Source: Synechococcus sp. A15-28 (GTDB lineage: Bacteria > Cyanobacteriota > Cyanobacteriia > PCC-6307 > Cyanobiaceae). From it: DNA of 32,000 nucleotides. The stretch spans positions 720,001-752,000 of the forward strand of contig NZ_CP047931.1 in NCBI RefSeq assembly GCF_014280175.1. The letters are read 5' to 3'. The stretch's first letter is position 1, and every line of letters starts with the position of its first letter. Made by a program: the position numbers and the translations under genes. Below the pieces are notes generated by a model. It was not told the DNA's origin. It did not search any database and saw nothing but the letters and a program-made list of their open reading frames with translations. This document shows, piece by piece, positions 1 to 8,902 of the stretch.

Positions 1-149
1 ATCAGATGCCAGGCCAGAGTGATGGCGACCGAGAGGCTGCTGCTTCCCCTGAACTTCCAGCGCTGCCTGAAAACGCCCCACCTCCACCGGACCTACCAGA
101 TGTATCCATACAACCACTTCCAGTGATTGATTGAAACTTTCGGTGGCGA

Positions 150-623
150 TCAGCCCCCCTGGTGGGAGGCGAGGGCACGCACCACGTCTCCCCGGGTGAT
201 CACACCCACGGGCTTCGCATCACTGTCGAGGACAAACAACCGTTGGGTGCCCCGGTCGTGCAGCAGGGAGGCCGCCCTGGGCAAACCAAGGTCAAGACTG
301 CAGGTGTGGGCGTCCTTCCGCATCAGCTCTTTCACCGTGGTGCCCAGCACCTGGTGCACCTGCTTGTCCCAGTTGAGGGGATTGCGCAGGTAAATCACGC
401 TGTCCAGCAGCATCACGTACGGGCCGGCATCAACACCGCTCTCACGCACCATCAGGTCCTGCTCGCTCAGCTCTCCGATCAGGGCACCTGTGTCATCAAC
501 CACCGGCAGTCCGCTGATGTGGTGATCACTGATCAGTTGAACGGCCTGCTGCAGAGGAGTGTCCGGGGTGACGCTCAACACTGGCTGGGTCATCACATCA
601 GCCACCGTCAGCTGCAGGACCAT
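150..623 (-). CDS. CBS-domain-containing protein
   Basis: 157-aa ORF with two CBS-type segments (TVADVMTQPVLSVTPDTPLQQAVQLISDHHISGLPVVDDTG; HTCSLDLGLPRAASLLHDRGTQRLFVLDSDAKPVGVITRGDVVRAL). ATG start at 623. Confidence 0.9.
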   Translation of the reverse strand: MVLQLTVADVMTQPVLSVTPDTPLQQAVQLISDHHISGLPVVDDTGALIGELSEQDLMVRESGVDAGPYVMLLDSVIYLRNPLNWDKQVHQVLGTTVKELMRKDAHTCSLDLGLPRAASLLHDRGTQRLFVLDSDAKPVGVITRGDVVRALASHQGG

Positions 624-627
624 GATT

Positions 628-645
628 TGAAGTCAGCTGACTTCA
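628..645. promoter_or_regulatory. Perfect 18-bp palindrome in a divergent intergenic region
   Basis: TGAAGTCAGCTGACTTCA is its own reverse complement; lies in the 31-bp gap between the CBS-protein ATG (623) and pgsA start (655). Confidence 0.45.
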
Positions 646-654
646 TTCTGCGCG

Positions 655-1191
655 TTGTCGTTGCCCCTGCGCTCTCTGGCCAATGGCCTCACCATCGCTC
701 GCGCCGTTGCCGGCTTGCCCTTGATCCTGGCGCTGCAGGTTGGCTGGCTTCCCTTGGCTTGGTGGCTGCTGCTGATGGCTGGCCTCAGCGATGCCGCTGA
801 TGGCTGGCTGGCCCGTCGCGCTGGCGGCGGCAGCAGCTGGGGGGCAAGGCTGGATCCACTCACAGACAAGGTGCTGATCGCAGCTCCCCTGCTCTGGCTG
901 GCTTCCACGGAAACCCTGCCTCTCTGGGCTGTCTGGCTGTTGCTGGCCCGGGAACTGCTGATTTCGGGTTGGCGTGCCCAGGCGGGGGATGGCGGGCCGG
1001 CATCGTTGACCGGGAAGGCCAAGACCGTCCTGCAGTTCCTGGCGCTGCTGTTGTTGCTCTGGCCCCCCGCCTGGAGCGGACACCAGCAGCTTGTGGTTGT
1101 CGGGTGGTGGTTGTTCTGGCCGTCGTTGCTGTTGGCCCTCAGGTCAGCCGTTGGCTACATCAAGCCCCGATCAAGGCCGCATCAGCGCTGA
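655..1191 (+). CDS. pgsA: CDP-diacylglycerol--glycerol-3-phosphate 3-phosphatidyltransferase family protein
   Basis: CDP-alcohol phosphatidyltransferase signature DxxDGxxAR...G...D...D seen in SDAADGWLARRAGGGSSWGARLDPLTDK; several hydrophobic segments. TTG start assumed. Confidence 0.85.
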   Translation: MSLPLRSLANGLTIARAVAGLPLILALQVGWLPLAWWLLLMAGLSDAADGWLARRAGGGSSWGARLDPLTDKVLIAAPLLWLASTETLPLWAVWLLLARELLISGWRAQAGDGGPASLTGKAKTVLQFLALLLLLWPPAWSGHQQLVVVGWWLFWPSLLLALRSAVGYIKPRSRPHQR

Positions 1192-2086
1192 AATCCGGCT
1201 GCGCCGACGGGGCGATGGCGTAGTCATTCTGGAAGCTGTCCGCCAGCCCCTTGGCGAGATCAAACCGGGGTTCCCAGGCCAGTTCACGCTGCACCCGTGT
1301 GATGTCGGTGAGGAAGTGATTTAGTCGCAGGGGGAAGGCCTTGCGGGCTTTTGGATCGAGTCCGGATGGATCGAAGGGGCGCAACTCCACGGCGTCCGGC
1401 TCTTTGCCGCAGGCAACCGCTGCTGCCCGGATCAAGCCTCGGAAGGTGATGCCCTGCTTGCCGGAGCAGTTGTAGATGCGGTTGGCAGCGGCTTCAACAT
1501 CGATGCAGCGCGCCATGGCTTCGGCCAGATCGTCCACATGGCCGAGCTGGGTGATCGTGCTGCCGTCCCCCGGCAGCGGCACCGGGCGGTCGTGGGTGAT
1601 CCGATCAAAGAACCAGCGTTCGACGGGGTTGTAGTTCCCAGGCCCGTAGATGTAAGTGGGGCGGAAGCTGGTGAAGGGGATGCCTTCGGAGCGCAACCAG
1701 GCCTCGGTGTCCGCCTTGCCGGCGTGGCGGCTGTTTGGATCGGTGGCAGCGGTTTCATCCAGGGGCCACAGTGCAGAGCCGGCGTAGACGCCGGCGGAAC
1801 TCACGTAAACGAACCGGTGGCTGGGGACACCTGTGATCTCCACCACACGCCTGCTGTCCTCAAGCTTGCGCCCGGAGCTGTCGACAATCACATCGAAGCG
1901 GCGTCCTTCCAGGGGGCTCAGACCTTCGCTGCTGCTGCGGTCTCCACAGAGATGTTCAACGCCCTCAGGGACAGCGTTGCGGCCCCGCGTGAACAGGGTG
2001 AGGGCATGGCCCTGAGCCTGAAGCCTGGCCACCAAGGGCTTGCCGACGAAACGGGTCCCCCCCATCACCAGGATCTTCACAGCCAT
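1160..2086 (-). CDS. NAD-dependent epimerase/dehydratase, CSP41-like (chloroplast stem-loop binding protein homologue)
   Basis: 308 aa; N-terminal MAVKILVMGGTRFVGKPLVARL Rossmann motif; FVYVSSAGVY...; SFRPTYIYGPGNYNPVERWFFDRI typical of the CSP41/extended-SDR group. Confidence 0.85.
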   Translation of the reverse strand: MAVKILVMGGTRFVGKPLVARLQAQGHALTLFTRGRNAVPEGVEHLCGDRSSSEGLSPLEGRRFDVIVDSSGRKLEDSRRVVEITGVPSHRFVYVSSAGVYAGSALWPLDETAATDPNSRHAGKADTEAWLRSEGIPFTSFRPTYIYGPGNYNPVERWFFDRITHDRPVPLPGDGSTITQLGHVDDLAEAMARCIDVEAAANRIYNCSGKQGITFRGLIRAAAVACGKEPDAVELRPFDPSGLDPKARKAFPLRLNHFLTDITRVQRELAWEPRFDLAKGLADSFQNDYAIAPSAQPDFSADAALIGA

Positions 2087-2148
2087 ACAAGCAAAAGCGC
2101 AGCCATTGAAGCGTGGAGCTGCAGGATGGGCTCAGATGTCTCATCGGC

Positions 2149-2916
2149 ATGGAGATCCTCCCCGCTATTGATCTGCTGGATGGGACCTGCGTTCGCCTGC
2201 ACCAGGGGGATTACGACCAGGTCACCCGTTTCAGCAATGATCCTGTGGCCCAGGCCCTCAGCTGGCAGCAACAGGGGGCAACCCGTCTGCATCTGGTGGA
2301 TCTTGATGGTGCCAAGCGGGGAGAGCCGGTGAATGACGCGGCCGTCCAGGCGATCACGGCGGCTCTTGATATCCCGGTGCAGCTCGGTGGAGGCGTTCGT
2401 TCGCTGGAACGGGCCGAGCAGTTGCTTGCCTGTGGTCTTGATCGTGTGATCCTCGGCACCGTGGCGATTGAGCAGCCAGAACTGGTCCAGGATCTGGCTG
2501 CTCGACATCCAGGCCGCATCGTGGTGGGCATCGATGCCAAGGACGGGCGGGTCGCCACCCGGGGCTGGATCGAGCAAAGCGATGTGCTGGCGACGGATCT
2601 GGCCAAAACGTTCAGCAGCGCTGGAATTGCCGCGATCATCACCACGGATATCGCGACTGATGGCACCCTGGCTGGGCCGAATCTTGAGGCTCTCAGGGAG
2701 ATGGCGGCAAGCAGCAGTGTTCCGGTGATCGCCTCCGGTGGCATCGGTTGCATGGCGGATCTGCTGGCACTGCTTCCCCTGGAGTCACTCGGCGTTTGTG
2801 GTGTGATCGTCGGTCGCGCTCTTTACGACGGTCGCATTGACCTCGCGGAAGCAGTTCGGGCCCTGGCGGAGCCACGGTTGCAGGACGTCACAGCTGTTGC
2901 AGCAGACCTGGCTTGA
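2149..2916 (+). CDS. hisA: Phosphoribosylformimino-5-aminoimidazole carboxamide ribotide isomerase
   Basis: MEILPAIDLLDGTCVRLHQGDYDQVTRF, VQLGGGVRS, VIASGGIGCMADLLAL...GVCGVIVGRALYDGRIDLAEA. ATG at 2149 preferred over the ORF-track start 2113. Confidence 0.95.
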   Translation: MEILPAIDLLDGTCVRLHQGDYDQVTRFSNDPVAQALSWQQQGATRLHLVDLDGAKRGEPVNDAAVQAITAALDIPVQLGGGVRSLERAEQLLACGLDRVILGTVAIEQPELVQDLAARHPGRIVVGIDAKDGRVATRGWIEQSDVLATDLAKTFSSAGIAAIITTDIATDGTLAGPNLEALREMAASSSVPVIASGGIGCMADLLALLPLESLGVCGVIVGRALYDGRIDLAEAVRALAEPRLQDVTAVAADLA

Positions 2917-3013
2917 TCAGTCGTCTTAAACTGACTTTATAAATTGCGTATGTGTCATCAGGCTCACGTCTCCTGGATCAGCAGTTGCTCGGCCTGGTGA
3001 CGGGCTGCAGGGG

Positions 3014-3409
3014 GTGTTTGAGCGCTGCCGGCAGTTGGGCATGCGGCTGAGTCGTCAGCGACGGATGGTGCTGGATCTGCTCTGGACGGAGAAAAGTCAC
3101 CTCAGTGCCCGGGACATTTTTGAAAAGCTCAACGCCCGTGGACGGAGCATCGGTCATACCTCGGTTTATCAGAACCTGGAGGCTTTGCAGTCTGCAGGCG
3201 TGATCGAGTGCCTGGATCGTGCCAGCGGTCGGCTTTATGGCTACCGCAGTGATCCCCACAGCCATCTCACCTGTCTGGATACCGGAGCGATTGAGGACAT
3301 CGATGTGGAATTGCCGAAGGATTTACTGGACCAGATTCAACGGCGTACAGGTTTCCGGATCGAGTCCTACACCTTGCAGCTCAACGGCCGACGCCCACTG
3401 GAGCGATAG
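3014..3409 (+). CDS. Fur-family transcriptional regulator (Fur/PerR/Zur subtype not resolved)
   Basis: MRLSRQRRMVLDLLWTEKSHLSARDIFEKL...SIGHTSVYQNLEALQSAGVIECLDRASGRLYGYRSDPHSHLTCLDTG; GTG start. The start site could lie further upstream. Confidence 0.85.
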   Translation: MFERCRQLGMRLSRQRRMVLDLLWTEKSHLSARDIFEKLNARGRSIGHTSVYQNLEALQSAGVIECLDRASGRLYGYRSDPHSHLTCLDTGAIEDIDVELPKDLLDQIQRRTGFRIESYTLQLNGRRPLER

Positions 3410-3450
3410 GCCCAAGCTCGTTACCTTGACGAGAACTCGTCCTGAACCGT

Positions 3451-5058
3451 TTGGCTCCCCTAGCTCCGGTACGGATTCTGCTGATGGCATCGGACCTGCT
3501 CGGGGAATCGCTGGCCCTGCAGCTCACGAGTCGGCAGTCCGACTGGCAGGTTCTGCTTCGACCGGATGAGCTCAAGGGCCATCCTCAGATCGTGATCTGG
3601 TCCATCGACAAGGTTGCATCGCTCAGCGCCCTGCAACGGGAGGTGATGCAGCTGCAGGAACGCTGGAAGCCGGCACCGCTGCTGCTGTTGTTGCCGGTGA
3701 CCATCTCCGCCAGCCGCGATCAGTTGCTGACCCTGACCGCTGAAGGACTGCTTCAGAACAGTGATTGCTCCCAGTTGCAGCTGGCCATCGACACCCTGCT
3801 CCAGGGGGGACGGACGGTTCAACTTCAGACAGCAGCCTCTCCGTCCGAGCCGCCTCCGCTTGGGCTGGCCCAGTCGCTGTTGCTCAGCGGGCTGCAGCAG
3901 ATCAGCAACGACCTGCAGGTGATCGAAGCCATGCTGAATCCCCCCCCGCAGTCGTGGCTGCTGTGTCTGCTGCTGGAAGGACGATGCCGTGAACTGCGCA
4001 GCGCCCGCTCCCTGCTGCTGTGGTTGTGGGGCCCCCTGCAGGTGGGGCTGGAGGATGCCGTTCCCCTGCGTCAGACGGAGTCTTCCCCTTCGATTGGGGA
4101 GTCAACCGCGATCACCCTGCGTCAGCGCAATGCTGTAGCCGTATGGAACTCCATCCGTGAGCGGTTGGATGGTTCCGTCCAGAGCGGCCTCAGCAATGCC
4201 ACCGGACGTCTCCTGGCGATTGAGGGGCTGCAACCCGATCGTCGCCGTGAGCTGCTGCTGGCTCTGCTCCAGCAGTTGGATCAGGTGCTGGGGCGGCTGC
4301 GCCACGAGGATCCAGCCCCTGCCAGCTGGTCGTCGCTCCAGCCTGAATTAAGGCGTCAGGCCCTGTCGTCGATGGCCGGTCATTACGTCCAGATTCCCAG
4401 GGACGGTGCTCTGCAGCCGGTGGCGTCCACGCTGCTGGCCTCCGCCGACCTTGAGGGGGACGATGACGAGCTGCCCGACCCTGCCGCGATGCTGATGCCC
4501 TTGCTGGCGGACCAGCCGGTGCTGGTGAAGGGACAGCTCCTGCCCGCTGATGATCCAAGGGCTCTGCTGCAACTGGAAACCCTGGTGAGCAACTGGCTGG
4601 TGCGCACCGCTGAGTTGATCGGGGCTGAGCTGCTGGAGGCCTGCGGCGAGTGGCCGGAACTGCGCCAATACCTGCTGGGGGATCGCCTGCTGGCGACCCG
4701 GGAACTGGATCGCCTGCGCAACCAGCTGAACAACCAGTTGCGCTGGTCCGAATGGATTGAGCGACCGATTCAGTTGTATGAGAGCCAGCGCACCTTGTTT
4801 CAACTGCGCGGTGGACGAATTGAACCTCTGCAACTGATGGAGCCCCGCGATCAGGAGCTCAACAGCCTGGGTTGGTGGCAGCGCCAGGTTGCACTGCTGC
4901 TGGAGACCCGGGACGCGCTGGCTCCCCAGGTGCAGTCTCTGCTGCGACGCCTTGGGGATCTGGCTGTGGTGCTGCTCACCCAGGTGCTGGGAAGGGCGAT
5001 CGGTCTGGTCGGTCGTGGGATCGCTCAGGGGATGGGGCGCAGCCTGGGGCGCGGCTGA
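3451..5058 (+). CDS. DUF3685 / Ycf55-like conserved cyanobacterial protein with a degenerate receiver-like N-terminus
   Basis: 535 aa, Leu/Gln-rich, N-terminal VRILLMASDLLGESLALQLTSRQSDWQVLLRPDELKGHPQIVIWSID resembles a receiver fold without the usual acidic pocket. Family assignment from memory of the family architecture. Confidence 0.6.
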   Translation: MAPLAPVRILLMASDLLGESLALQLTSRQSDWQVLLRPDELKGHPQIVIWSIDKVASLSALQREVMQLQERWKPAPLLLLLPVTISASRDQLLTLTAEGLLQNSDCSQLQLAIDTLLQGGRTVQLQTAASPSEPPPLGLAQSLLLSGLQQISNDLQVIEAMLNPPPQSWLLCLLLEGRCRELRSARSLLLWLWGPLQVGLEDAVPLRQTESSPSIGESTAITLRQRNAVAVWNSIRERLDGSVQSGLSNATGRLLAIEGLQPDRRRELLLALLQQLDQVLGRLRHEDPAPASWSSLQPELRRQALSSMAGHYVQIPRDGALQPVASTLLASADLEGDDDELPDPAAMLMPLLADQPVLVKGQLLPADDPRALLQLETLVSNWLVRTAELIGAELLEACGEWPELRQYLLGDRLLATRELDRLRNQLNNQLRWSEWIERPIQLYESQRTLFQLRGGRIEPLQLMEPRDQELNSLGWWQRQVALLLETRDALAPQVQSLLRRLGDLAVVLLTQVLGRAIGLVGRGIAQGMGRSLGRG

Positions 5059-5088
5059 GGCCACAATGGGCCTCCCCGAACCGGCCTG

Positions 5089-5631
5089 ATGGGTTGTCTG
5101 TTGCCTCGTCTGCTCAGTTGCGTTCTTGCGCTTCTGATGTTGGTGTCACCCGCTCAGGCCGTCCTTAACGACGACAACTACGACGGCAACATCTACGCCC
5201 TCTATGCCGGCAATGGTTCCCTGGTGCCTCCGGCCAACACCCTTGAGGAAACCCTGGCGGAGCAGCGCACAGCCGTCATCGTTTACTACCTCGACGACAG
5301 TGCTGTCAGCAAACGCTTCGCTCCGGTGGTGTCCGAGCTGCAGCGTCTCTGGGGCCGGGGGATCGATCTGCTGCCCCTGACGATCGACCCGCTGCAAGGA
5401 CGCCAGCCAACCGGTGCCGCTGATCCCGCCACGTACTGGCGGGGGCAGATCCCGCAGGTTGTGGTGATCGACCCGCAGGGTGAGGTGGTTTTCGATCAGG
5501 ACGGACAGGTTTCCCTGGTCGCGATCAATGAGGCGATCAGCCGTGCCACAGGATTGCCGGCCCCTGATCTGCCGACGATCGATCAGGAGGGCAGCTTCAA
5601 CGAGGTGAATATCGAGGTCACCACCGGCTGA
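5089..5631 (+). CDS. Putative thylakoid/lumenal thioredoxin-like protein (photosystem I accumulation factor type)
   Basis: Signal-like N-terminus (LLSCVLALLMLVSPAQAVLNDDNYDGNIYALYAGNGSLVPPANTLEETL), then thioredoxin-like core (TAVIVYYLDDSAVSKRFAPVVSELQRLWG...IPQVVVIDPQGEVVFDQDG). Confidence 0.65.
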   Translation: MGCLLPRLLSCVLALLMLVSPAQAVLNDDNYDGNIYALYAGNGSLVPPANTLEETLAEQRTAVIVYYLDDSAVSKRFAPVVSELQRLWGRGIDLLPLTIDPLQGRQPTGAADPATYWRGQIPQVVVIDPQGEVVFDQDGQVSLVAINEAISRATGLPAPDLPTIDQEGSFNEVNIEVTTG

Positions 5632-5665
5632 TCGACTTACGCTGCCGCCCAGCTGGTTCACCGCT

Positions 5666-6826
5666 GTGTCGCTGCTGATCGCCCCCCTGGCCCTCGGAGC
5701 GGGTGTGGCCTGGTTGGAAGCCCGCCATCGACTGCGGCCCGCATCCCCTCTGCGCCTCACAGCCAGGGATTGGACGGTGACCTCCCTTGGGGGGGTGCTG
5801 CGGGTGGATGGTGTTCTTGAGATCAGCAACCCCCACCCGCGCATGGAGGTGTTCGTGCCGGAACTGCGGGTGGAGCCCACGCTGCTGGGCAAGGCTGACC
5901 TGTCCGGCCTCACCGTCACGACACGAATTCAAGCCGATCATCCCGATGAGGAGACCCGTGCCGACGGGTACTGGGCCGCTTACATCGTCAAGGGCCGGAA
6001 GACCACACGGGCCCGGGTGACGATTGAGATAAGTGGTGGCGCATCCCTGGATCAGGTCGACACGCTCTGGGCTGATGTGCATTGGATCAACTATGGCCCG
6101 TTCGGACGCCTGGCACGCCGCCAGGGGGTGCCAGTGCCGCTGCGCTCCCCGGAGCCCCTAAGAGCGGATCAGGCCCCGTGGCAGTCGGGAGATGACTGCA
6201 GCGTTCTGCCCTTGAAGACCCACCTGCTTGGTCCCCTGGATCAGCCGATCGACGTGATGCGGCGTTACGCCGCGCCTCTGCTGCAATCCGGCGATGTGCT
6301 CACGATCGGCGAGACGCCCTTGGCCGTGATTCAAGGTCGCTACCAGCACCCCAGTGAGGTGGAACCCGGCTTGGTGGCCAGGCTCGCCTGCCGGGTGTTT
6401 CACCCCACCAGCAGCCTGGCGACAGCCTGCGGCATGCAGACCCTGATCGATGTCGTGGGTCCCACCCGGGTGCTTGCAGCCTGGCTGGGTGGTCTGCTGA
6501 TGAAACTGGTGGGCATACCGGGTGGTTTCTATCGCCTCGCCGGGGACCAGGCCCGCCTGATCGATGACATCACAGGGACCACTCCCCCCTATGACCAGAC
6601 CATCGTGCTGGGACCGGAACGCTCTGCGTCCTTCTGCGAGGAGGCCTCTGAGGCCCTTGGTGTTGCCGTAGCCATCGTCGACGTCAACGACCTCGGTCGG
6701 GTCAAGGTGTTGGCGTCCAGTGCCGGCTGTGATGACGCCTTGTTGATGCGGGCCCTGAAGCCCAACCCCGCTGGTAACGCCAACCAGCGCACGCCTCTGG
6801 TTCTCGTGCGTTCCGGTCGCGCTTGA
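5666..6826 (+). CDS. F420-0:gamma-glutamyl ligase (CofE)-like conserved cyanobacterial protein
   Basis: N-terminal hydrophobic segment; LPLKTHLLGPLDQPIDVMRRYAAPLLQSGDVLTIGETPLAVIQGRYQ resembles the CofE-like domain in cyanobacterial proteins. Confidence 0.6.
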   Translation: MSLLIAPLALGAGVAWLEARHRLRPASPLRLTARDWTVTSLGGVLRVDGVLEISNPHPRMEVFVPELRVEPTLLGKADLSGLTVTTRIQADHPDEETRADGYWAAYIVKGRKTTRARVTIEISGGASLDQVDTLWADVHWINYGPFGRLARRQGVPVPLRSPEPLRADQAPWQSGDDCSVLPLKTHLLGPLDQPIDVMRRYAAPLLQSGDVLTIGETPLAVIQGRYQHPSEVEPGLVARLACRVFHPTSSLATACGMQTLIDVVGPTRVLAAWLGGLLMKLVGIPGGFYRLAGDQARLIDDITGTTPPYDQTIVLGPERSASFCEEASEALGVAVAIVDVNDLGRVKVLASSAGCDDALLMRALKPNPAGNANQRTPLVLVRSGRA

Positions 6827-6862
6827 GCACTACATTGAACGTGGTTGCGACTGGGGGGAGGA

Positions 6863-7858
6863 ATGACAGCACAACCCCTGGAGCCTCTGAGGGTTGAGTC
6901 CCTAAGTCCCGCGCATCTGGCCTGGTTTCCGCAGCTTCAGACGGTGCTGCTGGGCGACTGGCTGGCCCGGATTGAGCAGCGCTTTCCCGATCTGCTGCCG
7001 AGTCGCTCGCCCCGATGCTTCATCGCGTTGGATGCCGACGGTCCTCTGGCCGCTGTAGTGGTTCAGCCCATCAACCGTCGCGGCAGCTGCTGGACCCTGC
7101 ATCGACCGCAGCAATTGATTCGTGAGAGCGTGCATGGGCTCAGAACCGTGCAGCGCACTCTTCTGCAGACCGTGCTTCACCAGGGCGATCGTCAGGTCGG
7201 CAGCTGGGTGATCCGTCGCCCCGCAGGCGACGCCGATGCCATCGCCCTGTTGCGGGAACTTGGGTTCCAGCCCCTGCGTCCGTTTCAGGTCTGGCACCCT
7301 CCGGCCACACCACCAGCGCCAGTGGAATCCCTGCCCCAGGGGCTGACCTGGCAGCCGATCAACCGTCGCAATGCCCAGCGACTCTGGCCGATTGAACAGG
7401 GGGGCTGTTTCAGCCATCTGCGGCAGATCACCGATCGCCATTGGCTGGATCTGCTCGATCGCCGCGGGCCAGGGTGTGGCGTCCTTGTGGCAGGTGATTC
7501 CGTGCTCGCCGGTTGCCTGCGCCTCGGCGTTGGTGTGGATGCCCAAATTCTCGAATTCATCCGCGATGTGGCCTGGGACCCCCGCCTTGATCAGGCCCTC
7601 CCTCAGGTGTTGCGCCGGCTTCAACCGCAGACCTGCGTCGCCGGGCTGAGCACGGCTCTGGATGATGCGCCGATGGCCGAACTGCTCAGCTGTGAAGGTT
7701 GGCGTCGCGGTGAGGAGCAGCTGCTGATGGGCCGCAGCATGTGGCGTCGCCAGACCGCTCCGCGCAATCTGCAACTTCGCAGCTCGTTGGATCAGGTTCT
7801 GGGACGCCTGCGTCCTCAGGGGCAACCCATGCCCTCCCCAAGTCTGCGTCGCCGCTGA
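6863..7858 (+). CDS. Conserved hypothetical protein, possibly GNAT-like
   Basis: ORF with ATG at 6863 (MTAQPLEPLRVESLSPAHLAWFPQLQ...). The order 'ESLSPAHL...PLAAVVVQPIN...ALLRELGFQPLRPFQVW' is acetyltransferase-like, but this is weak. Confidence 0.5.
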   Translation: MTAQPLEPLRVESLSPAHLAWFPQLQTVLLGDWLARIEQRFPDLLPSRSPRCFIALDADGPLAAVVVQPINRRGSCWTLHRPQQLIRESVHGLRTVQRTLLQTVLHQGDRQVGSWVIRRPAGDADAIALLRELGFQPLRPFQVWHPPATPPAPVESLPQGLTWQPINRRNAQRLWPIEQGGCFSHLRQITDRHWLDLLDRRGPGCGVLVAGDSVLAGCLRLGVGVDAQILEFIRDVAWDPRLDQALPQVLRRLQPQTCVAGLSTALDDAPMAELLSCEGWRRGEEQLLMGRSMWRRQTAPRNLQLRSSLDQVLGRLRPQGQPMPSPSLRRR

Positions 7859-7859
7859 G

Positions 7860-8333
7860 GTGTCTCGCCCCTGTTCGGTGCTGAGTCTGGATGTGGGACG
7901 TCGGCGCATCGGCCTGGCCGGATGCGATCCGCTTGGCATCACCGTCACTCCGCTGACGGCTTTGCATCGGGGGCGCTTCGATGCAGATCTGGTCATGCTT
8001 CAACAGCTCTGCAAGGACCGTCGGGTTCAGGGTCTGGTGGTGGGGCTGCCTTTGGATGCGACCGGTCAGCCCACATCCCAGGCGGAGCATTGCCGTCGTT
8101 ACGGCACACGTCTCGCCGAGGCGTTGCAGTTGCCCCTGGCCTGGGTGAACGAGCACTGCAGCACCTGGGCGGCGGGGGAGCGCCATGGGCTGACGGGAGA
8201 TCGCAGTGGTCGGCTGGACAGTGCAGCTGCAGCGCTGTTGCTGGAACAGTGGCTGCAGGAGGGGCCGGAGCTCAAACCGGTCCAGTCATTCGGGGACAGC
8301 GCGGGCATCGAGCATTCCGATGGTGGATCCTGA
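7860..8333 (+). CDS. ruvX: Holliday junction resolvase-like protein RuvX/YqgF
   Basis: VLSLDVGRRRIGLAGCDPLGITVTPLTAL...VQGLVVGLPLDATGQPTSQAEHCRRYGTRLAEALQLPLAWVNEHCST...DSAAAALLLEQWL; GTG start. Confidence 0.9.
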   Translation: MSRPCSVLSLDVGRRRIGLAGCDPLGITVTPLTALHRGRFDADLVMLQQLCKDRRVQGLVVGLPLDATGQPTSQAEHCRRYGTRLAEALQLPLAWVNEHCSTWAAGERHGLTGDRSGRLDSAAAALLLEQWLQEGPELKPVQSFGDSAGIEHSDGGS

Positions 8334-8353
8334 GCGCAGTGTTTCCAGCGTCC

Positions 8354-8902
8354 ATGCGTGACTCCGCATCCGGCAGTGGTGACGTTCCAACCGTTCTGGT
8401 GCGCGACGGGGATGGCCGTGACCTGCTCTGCTTCCTGGAGCAGTTGATTCCTCTGGATGGCAACGACTACGTCCTGCTGACGCCGGTTGATACGCCGGTG
8501 TCGCTGTTCCGTCTCCAGGATGATGCCGATCCGGAGCCGATCATCGCCCTCAACAGCAGCGAACCGATCCTTTCGGTTGCCGACGTGGTGCTGCAGGAGC
8601 ATGACCTCACCCTCGTTCGTTCTGCGGTGACCCTCACCGTGAGCGGTGAACTGGATGAACCGGATCCCGATGATCTGGATGACGATGATGAGGAAGACGG
8701 CGACGAGGACTCGGAGACCTTTGAGCTGCTGGTGAGCTTCATGGTCGAGGAGCAGGAATACGGCCTTTACATTCCGCTCGACCCGTTTTTTGTTGTGGCC
8801 CGCATGGTCGATGGCCAGGCGGAATTGGTGGAGGGAGAGGATTTCGATCGGATTCAGCCGCGCCTGGAAGCGGAACTTGAGGACAGGGAATGGCCGGAGT
8901 GA
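8354..8902 (+). CDS. DUF3727-type conserved cyanobacterial protein with internal acidic tract
   Basis: MRDSASGSGDVPTVLVRDGDGRDLLCFLEQLIPLDGNDYVLLTPVDTPVSLF...; the ATG at 8354 fits better than the upstream ORF extension, which overlaps ruvX out of frame. Confidence 0.7.
   Translation: MRDSASGSGDVPTVLVRDGDGRDLLCFLEQLIPLDGNDYVLLTPVDTPVSLFRLQDDADPEPIIALNSSEPILSVADVVLQEHDLTLVRSAVTLTVSGELDEPDPDDLDDDDEEDGDEDSETFELLVSFMVEEQEYGLYIPLDPFFVVARMVDGQAELVEGEDFDRIQPRLEAELEDREWPE

Noticed and set aside
7922-8353. N-terminal extension of the DUF3727 ORF
   Set aside because: Overlaps ruvX in another frame and reads as low-quality GAHRS-rich protein; the ATG at 8354 is more credible.
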